A stretch of DNA of 64,000 nucleotides from positions 5,760,001 to 5,824,000 of the forward strand of contig CP086569.2 in NCBI GenBank assembly GCA_009914755.4, written 5' to 3'. The stretch is from the human T2T-CHM13v2.0 reference genome, Homo sapiens. Below, piece after piece: positions 31,430-44,384 of this stretch (positions are counted from its first letter, which is position 1; each line of letters begins with the position of its first letter). The notes beneath the pieces are model-generated. The model had not been told where the DNA came from and made no database searches. It saw only the letters and a list, made by a program, of their open reading frames with translations. Both the position numbers and the translations under genes were made by a program.

Positions 31430-33662
31430 TGATATGGTTTGGTTGTGTCCCCACCCAAATCTCATATTGAATTGTAACTCCCATAATTCCCACATGTTGT
31501 GGGAGGAACCCTGTCAGAGGTGATTGAATTATGGGGACAGATCTTTTCTGCACTGTTCTTATGATGGTGAATGGTCTCACAAGAATTGATGGTTTTAAAA
31601 ATGGGAGTTTCCCCACACAAGCTCTCTCTTTGCCTGCTGCCATCCATGTAAGACATGATTTACTTCTCCTTGCTTTCCACCATTTGTGAGGCCTCCTGAG
31701 CCACGTGGAACTGCAAGTCCATTAAACCTCTTTCTTTTGTAAATTGCCTGGTATTTGGTATGTCTTTATCAGCAGCACAAAAATGGACTAATACAGTAAA
31801 TTGATACCAGTAGAGTGGGGCATTGCTGAAAATATACCCAAAAATGTGGAAGTGACTTTGGAACTGGGTAATGGGCACAGATCGGGACGGTTTGGAGGGC
31901 TCAGAAGAAGACAGGAAAATGTGGGAAAGCTTGGAACTCCCTAGAGACTTGTTGAATAGCTTTGACCAAAATGCTAATAGTGATATGAACAATAAGGTTC
32001 AGGCTGAGGTGGTCTCAGATAGAAATGAGAAACTTATTGGGAATTGGAACAAAGGTGACTCTTGTTATGTTTTAGCAAAGAGATTGGCAACATTTGCCCC
32101 TGCCCTAGAGATGTGTGGGACTCTAAACTTCAGAGACATGATTTAGGGTAACTGGTGGAAGAAATTTCTAAGCAGCAAAGCTTTCAAGAGGTGACTCAGG
32201 TGCTGTTAAAGGCATTCAATTTTATAAGGGAAGCAGAGGATAAAAGTTCAGAAAATTTGGAGCCTGACAATGCGATAGAAGAGAAAAACCCATTTTCTGA
32301 GGAGAAATTCAAGCGGGCTGCAGAAATTTGCGAAAGTAATGAGGAGCCAAATGTTAATCCCCAAGACAACAGGGAAAATGTCTCCAGGGCATGTCACAGT
32401 TCTTCGTGACAGCCTGTCCCATTACAGGCCTGTAGGCCTAGGAGGAAAAAGTGGTTTCATTGGCTGGGCCCAGGGTCCCCATGCTGTGTGCAGCCTATGG
32501 ACTTGGTACCCTGCATCCCAGCCACTCCAGCCATGGCTGAAAGGGGCCAACATAGAGCTTGGACTGTGGCTTCAGAAGGTGCAAACCCCAAGCCTTGGCA
32601 GCTTCCACCTGGTGTTGAGCCTGTGAGTGCACAGAAGTCAAGAGCTGAGGTTTAGGAACCTCCTTCTAGATTTCAGAAGATGTAAGAAAATGCCTGGATG
32701 AACAGGCTGAAGTTTCCTCTAGAGTTGGGGCTCTCATGGAGAACCTCTGCTAAGGCAGTGCAGAAGGGAAATGTGGGGTCAGATTCCCCACACAGGGTCC
32801 CTACTGTGGCTCCACCTAGTGGAGCTGTGAGCAAAGGGCCACAGTCCTCCAGAACCCAGAATTGTAGATCCACTGACAGCTTGCACAGTGTGGCTGGAAA
32901 AGCTGCATACACTCAACACCAGCCCATGAAAACAGCCAGGAGGGAGGCTGTACCCTGTAAAGCCACAGGGGTGGAGCTGCCCAAGACCATGGGAACCCAC
33001 CTCTTGCATGCAAGACATGGAATCAAAAGAGATAATTTTGGAGCTTTAAGATTTGACTGCCCTGGTGGATTTCAGACTTTTATGGGGCCTGTAGCCCCTT
33101 TGTTTTGGCCAATTTCTCCCGTTTGGAAAGGCTGCATTTACCCAATGCCTGTACCCCCATTGTAGCTAGGAAGTAACTAACCTGGACTGTGGACTTTTGA
33201 GTTAAAGCTGAAATGATTTAAGATTTTGGGAGACTGTTGGGAAGGCATGACTGGTTTTGAAATTTGAGACATGAGATTTGGGAGGCCAGGGGCTGAATGA
33301 TATGGTTTGGCTGTGTCTCCACCCAAATCTCATTTTGAATCGTAACTTCCACAATTCCACCTGTTGTTGGAGAAACCCGGTGGGAGGTGATTGAATTATG
33401 GGAGCAGGTCTTTCCTGCACTGTTCTCATGATAGTGAGTGAGTCTCCTGAGATCTGAAAGTTTTAAAAATAAGAGTTTCCCTGCCAAGCTCTCTCTTTGC
33501 CTGCTGCCATCCATGTAAAACATAACTTACTCCTTGACTTCTGCCATGATTGTGAGGGCACCCCAGCTACATGAAACTGTAAGTTCATTAAACTTCTTTC
33601 TTTTGTAAATTGCCCAGTCTCAAGTACGTCTTTATCAGCAGCATGAAAATGGACTGATATAA
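31430..33662 (+). mobile_element. THE1 (ERVL-MaLR) full-length element: 5' LTR 31430-31795, internal 31796-33297, 3' LTR 33298-33662
   Basis: Both LTRs start TGATATGGTTTGG…CCCACCCAAATCTCAT and end …tctttatcagcagca(c/t)…ggact(a/g)ata. They flank about 1.5 kb of THE1 internal sequence. Flanks are tgcct|…|agcct, a likely 5-bp target-site duplication. Confidence 0.85.
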
Positions 33663-34503
33663 GCCTGAAGAACTACCATTAGTATTTCTTGTAGTCTAGA
33701 CTGGCTAGTTGTGGATGTTGTTCACTTTTATCTAAGAATATTTCAATTTCTCCTTTATTTTTTTCAAATCAAAACTTTTGTTTGACAGGCCTTTCTCTTA
33801 GTACTTTGAATATATCATCCCACTAACTTCTGACTTTATGATTTCTGATAAGGCAGTTGTTAATATCATTTAGGATTACTTTTAGATAATATGTTGCCTA
33901 TCTTTTGCTCCTTTCAAAATTTTCTGCTTGTCCTTCAACAGCTTGATTATAATTATGTGTCTAGGTGTGTATCTCTTGGGAGACATTCTGACAATTCCTC
34001 AAAATGTTAAACATAGGTTACTATATGACCCAACAATTTCACACTTTGCTATATACTCAAGAGAATTTCAAACATATATTTACATATTAACTTGTAAACA
34101 AACATTCACAACATCATTATTCATAATAGCTACCATATGGGGAATGACCCAAAAGTCCATCAGATGCTAAAAGGTTAACCAAAATGTGGTATATTCATAA
34201 AATTGAATATTGTTTGGCAATAAAATCTATGAATTACTGTTATATGCTGCAACATTGATGAATCTTAGAAACATGCTAAGTGAAAGCAGTTAGACACAAT
34301 AGGGCATGAATCGCATGAATCTATTTATATAAGTTATCCAGAATAAGTTAATCCATACAGACAGAAAGGGAATTAGTTGTTGCCAGGGCCTTGCAGGAGG
34401 GAAGAACAAGGAGTGATTGCTAATAGATACAGAATGACTAAAATACTCTAAAAATTTATTGTAGTGATGGTTTCACAACCATCACAGTTTATTTGTATAT
34501 ATA

Positions 34504-34586
34504 TTAGGATGGTACAAAAGTAATTGTGGTTTTTCCATTAAAAGTAATGGCAAAAACCACAATTGCTTTTGCATCAACCTAACCTA
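34504..34586. mobile_element. MADE1 (Hsmar1-derived 80-bp MITE)
   Basis: ttaggatggtacaaaagtaattgtggtttttccattaaaagtaatggcaaaaaccacaattgcttttgcatcaacctaacctaa. It is a palindromic inverted repeat with TA flanks. Confidence 0.8.
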
Positions 34587-35599
34587 ATACTAAACACCAG
34601 TGAATTGTACAATATAAAAGGGTTAATTTTAGGGTTAATTGTATGTCTTGTTAATTATATCTCAATAAAGCTAGTATAAAAAAAGAAATGGAGTGCTAAT
34701 ACTAAAAATGAATAAATAAGTCAATAATTGACAGTCAAAAATAGTGTGATCTCTTTCAACTTTTATAGCCATCATCATTAGTAGTTGTAATAGTAGTGAT
34801 AGCAGTAGCATTTCACTGTTATTGACTGGAGTATTTGCTCTTGGAGATATAAATTTATTTATATCAGAGTGCAGGAGAGTAAGATTGCAACCATTTCTAA
34901 CAAAGAATAATACTAGATGAAGACGGATGTTACACTAAGCTCAGGGCATACAATGCAAATGCACAGAGCATAATTATTTTTATTTTAGAAAACTTCCAGT
35001 TTAAATTTACTTTCTATATTAATTTGAATATCTATATGACTCTTTAATAAGTACAGTATTAAATTTATTTTTATTCTGATATTATTGTGTTAATAAGACC
35101 CTTTTTGGAAATAAATAATGCATCATTTAGAAGGAAAATCTGTATGTGTTATAGAATTATGAAGCGACAATATCTCCAGGTGAGAAAACTGTGTAGAGAT
35201 AAAGAAGAAAACGTAAGAAATATAAACATGGTAAGTAAACAGAGCTGAGTTTTTCAAAATTAGTCAATCTTTTTAATCTAATCAAAAATATTAAAATATG
35301 TATCACGTGATGATTCAATTTAAAATGCACACTCAGAAGCTATCAACTTTTTGCCTACTTTCTTTATGGCTAGGAATGTTAGAATTGTTATAGTTACCAA
35401 ACAAAAACATTTCTAAAACAAATTCTACAATTACTTTGAAAAAATAATAAAGAAAGCAAATGCTATGTAATTTTATGTGCTTGAATTTGAAAATAAACTG
35501 TATAAAATACCAGACAAAGAGATTTGTGGTAGTAAGCTGACAAGAGTAACTAGTGAGTTTCTGCATTTTTCAAATGCTTGAAGTAAATACATCTATAGG

Positions 35600-35965
35600 C
35601 TGAATGTCTGTGTCTCTGCTCCCAAATTTATGTTGAAATCCTAACCCACAATGTGATAGTATTAGGAGTTATGGCCTTTTGTAGGTGATTAGCTTATGAC
35701 ATCAGATCTCTCATGAATTGCATTAGTGTCCTTATAAAAGAAAGCTTAGAGAGCTTCCTTCTCCCTTGCCTCCCCAATTAAGTGAAGTCACACTGAGAAG
35801 ACAGCTGTCTCTGAATCAGGAAGCAGGCCCTAACCAGACATTAAATTTGATAGTGCCTTGATCTTGGACCTCTCAGTCTCCAAAACTGTGAGCAATAAAT
35901 TTCTGTTGTTTCTAAGCCACCAAGTCTATAATATTTTGTAATAGTTGCCCAAATGGAATGAGACA
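35600..35965 (+). mobile_element. MaLR-family solo LTR (MST/MLT1-like)
   Basis: …tgtgtctctgctcccaaatttatgttgaaatcctaacccacaatgtgatagtattaggag…ctccaaaactgtgagcaataaatttctgttgtttctaagccaccaagtctataatattttgtaatag…. Confidence 0.6.
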
Positions 35966-37021
35966 ATATCATATAGCTAAAAGCTTCCATAAAGAGTTCA
36001 CAGCAAAACGAAAAAGTAACCGTCCCTATGTGATTGATTTAAAAACAAAAAACAAATTTTTGTATAAATTATGAAAGCTAAATTGTTCTATATTAAATAA
36101 TTCTATAAGATGCTATTCTATAAAACTTGTATTTAGTCTAATGATGTCTTTAAGGAAATTAGTCATTATATTACTTGTAGCCTGATTCATGAGGATTTTC
36201 CATATAAATTTCTTCCTAGTCTTAACATCAATAATATTTGTGCATTTTTCTGAGCCAGTCTCCTGTTTTCATCTGATAGGCCCTATTAACTATGTTTTGG
36301 TTTCTCTAGTATGTGTATGGATTTAATGATATGTATTTTTCATACTAGCTTCATTCTCAGATATGTTTTATATTCTACTATTGTTATTTTTTTCTTTGTC
36401 ATATAATTTAAAATATTTCTCTACTTTCAAATTTTCTTGTAAGTAGCCTTACATTCATGTTGGTGCAGGATGAAAAATAAATATTAGGTGTCAATTGACT
36501 ATTAGACACTTGTTAGGTGTCTCAAAATCAACTGAATTCATAATGTCCAAAACTGAACTTATATCAATTTCTTTGCAATGCATATATAGTACAGGAATAT
36601 CTTATTTTATTGCACTTCACTTTATTGTGCCTTGCGGATATCGTGTTTTTTCTTTTTTACAAATGGGAGGTTTGTAACAATGCTGTGTTGAGCAAGTCTA
36701 TTAGTACTATTTGTTCAATAGCAAGTGTTCACATAGTATCTATGTATCATATTTTTGTTATTCTAACAATATCTCAAAGTTCATTATTATTATTATTATA
36801 CCTGTTATGGTGATTTTTAATCAGCAGTCTTTGATGTTACCATTGTAAGTGTATGGGATGATGAATCACTCCCATATAAGAAAGAAAATGTAATTGATCA
36901 ATTTTGTAGATGTTTTGACTGCTCCAACTACCAGCCATTCCACATCTCTCTGCTTCTCCTTGGGTCTCCCCCTTTACTGAGACATAGTGCTATTAAAACT
37001 GGGCTAGCTAATAACCCTATA

Positions 37022-38534
37022 ATGGCCTCTAAGTGTTCAAGTGAAATGAAGAGAAACAAATCTCTCACTTTAACTCAAAAGCTAGAAATGATGAAGCTTA
37101 GTGAGGAAGTCATGTCTAAAGCCAAAACAGGTTAAAAGCTAGGCCTCTGTGCCAGTTAGTCAAGTTGTGGAGGCAAAGAAAAATTATTTGAAAAAAATTA
37201 AAAATGCTGTTCCAGTGAACACACAAATGATAAACAAGCAAGACACCCTTTTGCTGATATAGAGAAAATTTTAGTGGTCTGGATATGAGATCAAATCACA
37301 TAGTATTTTCTTAAGCTAAAGCCTAATTCAGAGCAAGGCTCAAACTCTCTTCAATTCTCTGACGGCTGACAGAAGTGAGGGAGCTGCAGACAGAAAATTT
37401 GAATCTAGCTGGGGTTGGTTCATGAGGTTTAAGGAAATAAGCCATCTGCATAATATAGAAGTGCAAGGTGAAGTAAATGCTAATGGAGAAGCTGCAGCAA
37501 TTTATCCAGAAGATCTAGCTAAGATAATTGATGAAGGTGTCTACACTAAATAACAGATTTTTAGTGTAGATTAAAAAACCATATATTGGAAGAAAATGTC
37601 ATCAAGGGCTTTCATAGTTAGAGAGAAGTCAATGGTTGTCTTCAAAGCTTCAAAGGACAAGCTGACTTTCTGTTAGGGACTAATGCATTTGGTGGCTAAC
37701 TTGAAGCCAGTGTTCATTAACTATTCTGAAAATCCAAAGGCCCTTACAAATTATGCAAAATGCACTCTGCCTCTGCTCTATAAATGAAACAACACAGCCT
37801 TGATGAGAGCACATCTGTCTTCAGCATGGTTTACTAAATATTTTAAGCTCACTGTTGAGACCTACTGCTCAGGAAAAAAAAAAAATCCAAAATGTTACTG
37901 CTCATTGAAAATGCAGCTAGTCATTTCAGAGCTCTGATGGAGATGTACATGATCATTAATGTCCTTTTGATACTTGCTAACACAACATCCATTCTATAGC
38001 ACATGGCTAAAAGAGTCATTGGGACTTTCAATTCTTATTATTTGATAAATATATTTTCTAATGCTATAGCTACCATAGATAGTGATTTCTCTGATGCATC
38101 TGGGAAAAGTAAATCGAGAACCTTCGGGAAAAAACTTGCCATTAAAGATGCCCTTAAAAATATTTGTAATTCATGAAAGGAGCTTAAATTATTAATATTT
38201 ACAGGAGTTTGAGAGACATTGGTTCCAATTTTCATGGATAACTTTTAGTGGTTCAAGACTTCAGTGGGGGAAGTAATTGCAGATATTGTAGAAATAGCAA
38301 AAATACTATAATTGGAAGTGGAGCCTGAAGATGTGACTGAATTATTACAATCTCATAATGAAAATTGAAAAGATGAGAAGTCATTTCTCATGAATGAGCA
38401 AAGAACATAGTTTTATAAGATGAAATCTACTCCTGGTGAAGATGTCGAGGACTTTGCTGAAATGACAAGAACGGATTCAGATTATTTCATAAATGAAGTT
38501 GATAAACCAGAGACAAGGTTTGAGAGAATTGACT
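37022..38534 (+). pseudogene. Tigger1 transposase (pogo/CENP-B-like) decayed ORF, truncated by the L1 insertion
   Basis: Translation gives MASKCSSEMKRNKSLTLTQKLEMMKLSEE…, close to the Tigger1 transposase N-terminus MASKRSSS…KRKSLTLEQKLEIIKRSEEG. Many stops and frameshifts are present. The C-terminal remnant (…CFKKLPWPTPTF…) resumes at about 47960. Confidence 0.75.
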
Positions 38535-39238
38535 CCAGTTTTTTTTTTTTTTTTTTTTTTTTTTTAAGGTTAAGAGGTATATGCTTGTTGGCCACATGCA
38601 TGTCTTCTTTTGAAAAGTGTCTATGTTCTTTGCCCACTTTTTAATGGGATTTGTTTTCACTTGTAAATTTGTGTAATTTCCTTATAGATGTTGGATATCA
38701 GACCTTTGTCAGATATCCAACAAATGTTTAGCTTGCAAATGTTTTCCCATTCTATATATTGTCTGTTTACCCTGTTGATAGTTTCTTTTGTTGTGCAGAA
38801 GCTCTGCAGTTTAATTAGATCCCAGTTGTCAATTTTATTTTTGTTGCAATTACTTTTGGCTACTTTGTCATAAAATCTTTTCCAGTCCTTATGTTCAGTA
38901 TGTTACCACCTAGGTTGTTGTCCAGAGTTTTTACAGTTATGGGTTTTACATTTAAGTGTTTAATCCATGTAGAATTGATTTTGTATATGGTGTAAAGAAG
39001 GGGTCCAGTTTCAATTCTCTGCATATGGTTAGCCAGTTATCCCAGCACCATTTACTGAATGAAGAGTCCTTTCCCTACTGCTTGTTTTTTGTCGGTTTTG
39101 TCAAAAATTATACGGTTGTAAGCATGTGGCCTTATTTCTGGGCTATCTATTCTGTTCTATTGGTCCATGTGTCCTTTTTTTTTTTTGCACCAGTACCGTG
39201 TTGATTTTGATTACTGTAACCCTGTAGTATAGTTTTGA

Positions 39239-40022
39239 TATGGACAGGAGGGAGGGAAATGCTGAGAAGAGGGCAGTTCCCTGACAAAGGCCCCACCCTC
39301 AAGCCCAGAAACTGCATTCCTAAATGAGAACAGTTATACCTGTTTTCCCACGTGACTGTTGCTTTTTCCAAAACCACCCTGGCACATCATGCCCCCCATC
39401 GTGTACCCATAAAAAACCCGAATTCCACTGGTAGAAGAGTAGAGCAGTGTGGCAGAGGAGAAGAGAAGAGAAGAAGCAACTGAGAGTCAGAGACTACAGA
39501 CGGACGTGGCTTAACTTCAGACAGCATGTCTTTGGAGAGGAGCTCAGCCAGAGCCAGCCGGGCTTCAGGAAATAATCACCTTCCGCATCTTTCCACTTCC
39601 AGCTCCCCTTCCACTGACAGCCACTTTCACTACTTAATAAAACCTCCACATTCACCATCCTTCAAGTCCATGTGACCTGATTCTTCCTGGATGCTGGACA
39701 AGAAACCCGGTACCAAGATGGCAGGGTGTAAGAGGCTTTCACCCTGACTCTTCACTGAGCTGGTTAACACTTAGCCATCTGCAGATGACTAATATTAAAA
39801 GAGCTTTGTTTGTAACACACACCGTCTGGGGCTCCAGAAGTCATGGGCAACCACTAGATGGCCATGGGCTGGTACAGGGTTTGTTCCTGCCAGCTCCTAA
39901 AGGCACTTGCCCCAGCTCCTGCATCAGCTCATCTATGTGCTCCCCCTTCCACAAGGGTTTTGAGCCCAGCCACATCCTGTTGCAAGTCACTTGAGGGGGT
40001 CAAGGAAATGTCCTTTCTCAGT
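39239..40022 (+). mobile_element. Unidentified ERV solo LTR (class-I-like) nested in the L1
   Basis: About 785 bp of GC-richer insert interrupting colinear L1 sequence. It has TATA-like 'cataaaaaacc', then about 200 bp downstream 'cttaataaaacctccacattcacc' as a poly-A signal, then a U5-like tail. Flanks 'tagtttga' / 'cagtttga' may be a target-site duplication. Confidence 0.45.
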
Positions 40023-40639
40023 TTGAAGTCAGGTAGCATGACACTTCTTGCTTTGTTCTCTCTCCTTTGGATTGCCTTGGCTATTTGGGCTAGTTTTAGC
40101 TTCATAAAAATTTTAAAATAGCTTTTTCTAGTTCTTTGAAGAATGTCACTGGTAGTTTGACAGCCGTAGCATTGAACCTGTAAATTGTTTTTGACTGTGT
40201 GGCCATATTAATGACACGAATTCTTCATTCACAAACATAAAAGGGTTTTCTATTTGTTTGTGTCATCTCTGATTTCTTCCAGCAGTGTTTTGTAATTCTC
40301 ATTGTACAGGTCTTTCACTTTCCTGGTTAGCTATATTCATAGGTATTTTATTATTTTTGTGGTACTGGAAATGGAATTGTGTTCCTGATTTTGCTTGTGG
40401 CTTGGCTGTTGTTGGTGTACAGGAGTGCTAGTGTTTTTGTATGTTGATTTTGTGTCCTGAATCTTTGCTGAAGTTGCTTATTAGTGTAAAGAGTTCTGGG
40501 ACCAAGACAATAGTTTTTTTTTATAGATATACAATCATGTCATTGACAATTATGGATAGTTCAACTTCCTCTCGTCCAATTTGGACACGCTTTATTTACT
40601 TTGCCTGCTTGGTCTGGCCAGGACTTCCAATGTTATGTT

Positions 40640-41050
40640 TGATATGGTTTGGATCTGTGTCCTTGACCAAATCTCATGTTGAAATGTAATCCCCAATGCT
40701 GGAGATGGAGCCTCATGGGGGCTATTAGTTCATGGTGGTGGTTTCTCATGATTTAACTCCATCCCCCCTTGGTGCTGTCATTGCAATAGTGAGTTCTCAT
40801 GACATCTAGTTGTTTGAAAGTGTGTGGCACCTCCCTCCTCTCTCTCTTGGCCTTGCTCCTTCCATGCAAGATCCTATGCCTGCTTTGCCTTCTGCCTTGA
40901 GTAAAAGCTCTCTGAGGTCACCCCAGAAGCAGATGCTATCATGATTCCTTTGCAGACTGCAGGACTGTGAGCTAATTAAACATTTTTTTTTTTTGTAAAT
41001 TAACCAATCTCAGGTATTTCTTTATAGGAATGTAAGAATGAACTAATACA
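40640..41050 (+). mobile_element. MaLR solo LTR (MST-like) nested in the L1, perfect 5-bp target-site duplication ATGTT
   Basis: TGATATGGTTTGGATCTGTGTCCTTGACCAAATCTCATGTTGAAATGTAATCCCCAATG…aattaaccaatctcaggtatttctttataggaatgtaagaatgaactaataca, with flanks …tgttatgtt| and |atgttgaat. Confidence 0.85.
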
Positions 41051-41704
41051 ATGTTGAATAGTAATGATGAGAGAGGACATCATTGTCTTTTGCCAGTTTT
41101 CAAGGGCAATTCTTCCAGCATTTGTCCATTCAGTATAATGTTGGCTGTGGGTTTGAAATAGATGACTCTTATTATTTTAAGATGTGTCCCTTCAATACCA
41201 ATTTATTGGGAATTTTTAACATAAAGAGATGTTAAATTTTGTCAAAAGCTTTTTCTGTATCTGTTGAGTTGACCATGTTTTTTTTGTCTTTAGTTCTTTT
41301 TATGTGTTGAATTATGTTTATTTATTTGCATATGTTGAACCAATCTTGCATCACAGTGATAGCCTACTTGATGATGGTGGCTTAGCTTTTTGATGTGCTT
41401 CTTGATTTGATTTGCTAGTATTTTTTGAGGATTTTAGCATCAACGTTCACCAAGAATATTGGCTACAGTTTTCTTTTTTGTTGTTGTGATTCTGCCAGGT
41501 TTTGGTATCAGGTTGTTTCTGGCCTCATAGAATGAGTTAGGGAGGAATCCTTTTTCCTCAATTTTTGGGAATAGTTTCAGTAGAAATAATATCAGCTCTT
41601 CTATATACATCTGATAGAATTTGACTGTGACTGCATCTGGTCCTGGGCTTTTTATTTTTGGTTGGTTATTTATTACTGATTCAATTTCAGAGCTCTTTAT
41701 TGGT

Positions 41705-43998
41705 GTACTAGTTCATTCTCATGCTGCTATGAAGAAATACCTGAGATGTGTACTTTATAAAGAAAAGTGGCTTAATTGACTCACAGTTCTGCATGGCTGG
41801 GGAGGCCACAGGAAACTTAAAGTCATGGCAAAAGGCACCTCTTCACAGGGTGGCAGGGGAGATAATGAATGAGGGCTGAAAGAAGGGGAAAGCACCTTAT
41901 AAAACTATCAGATCTCATGAGAACTTACTATAATGAGAATAGCATTGGGGAAACCAACCATGTGAATCAATTACCTCTCACCAGGCCCCTCCCACAACAC
42001 ATGGAGATTATGGGAATTATAATTCAACATGAGATTTGGGTGGGGACACAGCTAAACCATATCATTCTACCCTGACCTATCCCAAATCTCATGTCCTCAC
42101 ATTTCAAAACACAATCATGCTCTTCCAACAGTCTCCCAAAGTCTTAATTTATTCCAGCATTAACTCAAAATTCCAAGTCCATAGCCTCATCTGAGGTAAG
42201 GCAAGTCGATTCTGCCTATGAGCCTGTAAAATCAAAAGCAAGTTAGTTACTTCCTAGATACAATGGAAGTTCAGGCATTGGGTAACTACATATGCTTCAA
42301 ATGAGAGAAATTGGCCAAAACAAAGGAGCTACAGTCCCCACTCAAGTCAGAAATCCAATACGGCAGTCATTAAACCTTAAAGTTTGTTTGACCCCATGTC
42401 ACATCCAGGACATGGTGATGCAAGAGGTGGGCTCCCACAACCTTGGGCAGCTTTGCTCTTGTGGCTTTGCAAGTTATAGCCCTCTGTACTGGCTGCATTC
42501 ACAGGCCAGCATTGAGAGTCTGTGGCTTTTCCAGGTGTATGGCAGAAGCTGTCAGTGGATCTACCATTCTAGGGTGTATAGGATGCTGGCCTTCTTCTCA
42601 CAGCTCTTCTAAGCAGTGCCCCAGTGGGGACTGTGTGTAGGGTCTCTGACCCAACATTTGCCTTCTGCATCACCCTAGCAGAGGTTCTCCATGAGGGCTG
42701 TGCCCCTGCAGTGGATTTCTTCCTGGACATCCAAGCATTTCCATACATCCTCTGAAATCTAGGTGGAGGTTCCCAAAGCTCAATCCTTGTCTTCTGTGCA
42801 CTTGCAGGATAAATACCAAATGGAAGTTGACAAGGCTTATGGCTTACACCCTGTAAAGCAATGGCCTGAGATGAACCTTGGCCCCTTTTAGCCATGTCTG
42901 GAGCTGAAGCAACTGGGACACAAGGCACCATGTATCAAGGCAGTATGGAGCAGGTGGGCCCTGGGCCCAGCCCAGGAAACCATTTTTTCCTCCTAGGACT
43001 CTGGGCCTGTGATGGGAGAGCCTGCTGCAAAGGTCTCTGACATGCACTGGAGACATTTTCCCCATTGTTTGGGGATTAACATTTGGCTCCTTGTTACTTA
43101 TGCAAATTTCTGCAGTGAGTTTAAATTTCTCCTGAGAAAATAGGTTTTTCTTTTCTATCACACTATCAGCCTGCAAATTTTCCCAAACTTTTATGCTCTG
43201 TTTCCTCTGGAATGCTTTGCTGCTTAGAAATTTCTTCCACCAGATACCCTAACTCATCTCTCTCAAGTTCAAACTTCCACATATCACTAGGACACAGGCA
43301 AAATGCCATCAGTCTCTTTGCACAGCAAGAGCGACTTTTACTCCAGTTCCTAAGAAGTTCCTCATCTCCATCTGAGACCACCTCAGCCTGAACATCATTG
43401 TTCATATCACTGTCAGCATTTTGGTCAAAGCCGTTCAACAGGTGTCTATGAAGTTCCAAACTTTCACATCTTCCTGTCTTCTGAGTTCTCCAACTCTTTA
43501 GGAAGTTCCAAACTTTACCACATTTTCTTGTCTTCTTCTGAGACCTCCAAACTGTTCCAACCTCTGCCTGTTACCCAGTTCTAATGTTGCTTCCACATTT
43601 TGGGGTATCTTTATAGCAGCACCCCACTGTCTGCAGTACCAATTTACTGTATTATTTCATTCTCATGTTGCTGTGAAGAAATACAGAGACTAAGTGATTT
43701 ATAAAGAAAAGAGGTTTAATTGACTCACAGCTCTGCATGGCTGGGGAGGCCTCAGGAAATTTACAATCATGGTGGAAGGCACCTCTTCACAGGGTGGCAG
43801 GAAAGAGAATGAGCGAGAGCTGAGTGAAGGAGGAAGACCCCTCAGATTTCATGAGAACTTACTATCATGAAAATAGCATGGGGGAAATCACCTACATGAT
43901 TAAATTACCTCCTACCAGGTCCCTCCCATGACACATGGGGATTATGGGAACTACAATTTGACATGAGATTTGGGTGAGGACATAGCCTAACCATATCA
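41705..43998 (-). mobile_element. THE1 (ERVL-MaLR) full-length element, antisense: LTR 41705-42065, internal 42066-43647, LTR 43648-43998; nested in the L1
   Basis: Both LTRs are reverse-complement THE1 (tgtattatttcattctcatgttgctgtgaagaaatac…catgagatttgggtg(g/a)ggaca(c/t)agc(t/c)aaaccatatca). Internal ORFs 42569..43459(-) are homologous to the + copy's 31871..32409 ORFs. Flanks attgg / attag are a likely target-site duplication splitting L1 'gctattggtctattcaggg'. Confidence 0.85.
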
Positions 43999-44384
43999 AT
44001 TAGTATGTTCAGGGATTCAATTTCTTCCTGGTTCAGTCTTCGGAGGGTGTATGTGTCCAGGAATGTATTCACTTCTTCTAGATATTTTAGTTTCTGTGCA
44101 TAGAGGTGTTCATACTAGTCTCTGATAGTTATTTGTATTTCTGTCATGTTACTAGTGGCATCCCCTTTGTTGTTTCTAATTGTTTTTATCTGGATCTTCT
44201 TTCTTTTCTTTTTTATTAGTTTAACTGGTGACCTATCCATCTTATTAATTTTCTTCAAAAAAGCAACTCCTGCATTTGGTTATCTTTTTCATGTCTTAAT
44301 CTTGTTAAGTTCAGCTCTGCTTTTGCTTATTTCTTGTCTTCTGCAAACTTTGGGATTGGTTTGCTCTTGCTTATCTAGTTCTTT

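Noticed and set aside
32698-33165. 155-aa ORF and neighbours inside the THE1 internal region, conserved with ORFs in the second THE1 copy
   Set aside because: Conservation between the two copies reflects common descent of two transposon copies, not purifying selection. THE1 internal regions are non-autonomous with no known functional protein. Both copies contain stops and frameshifts relative to each other.
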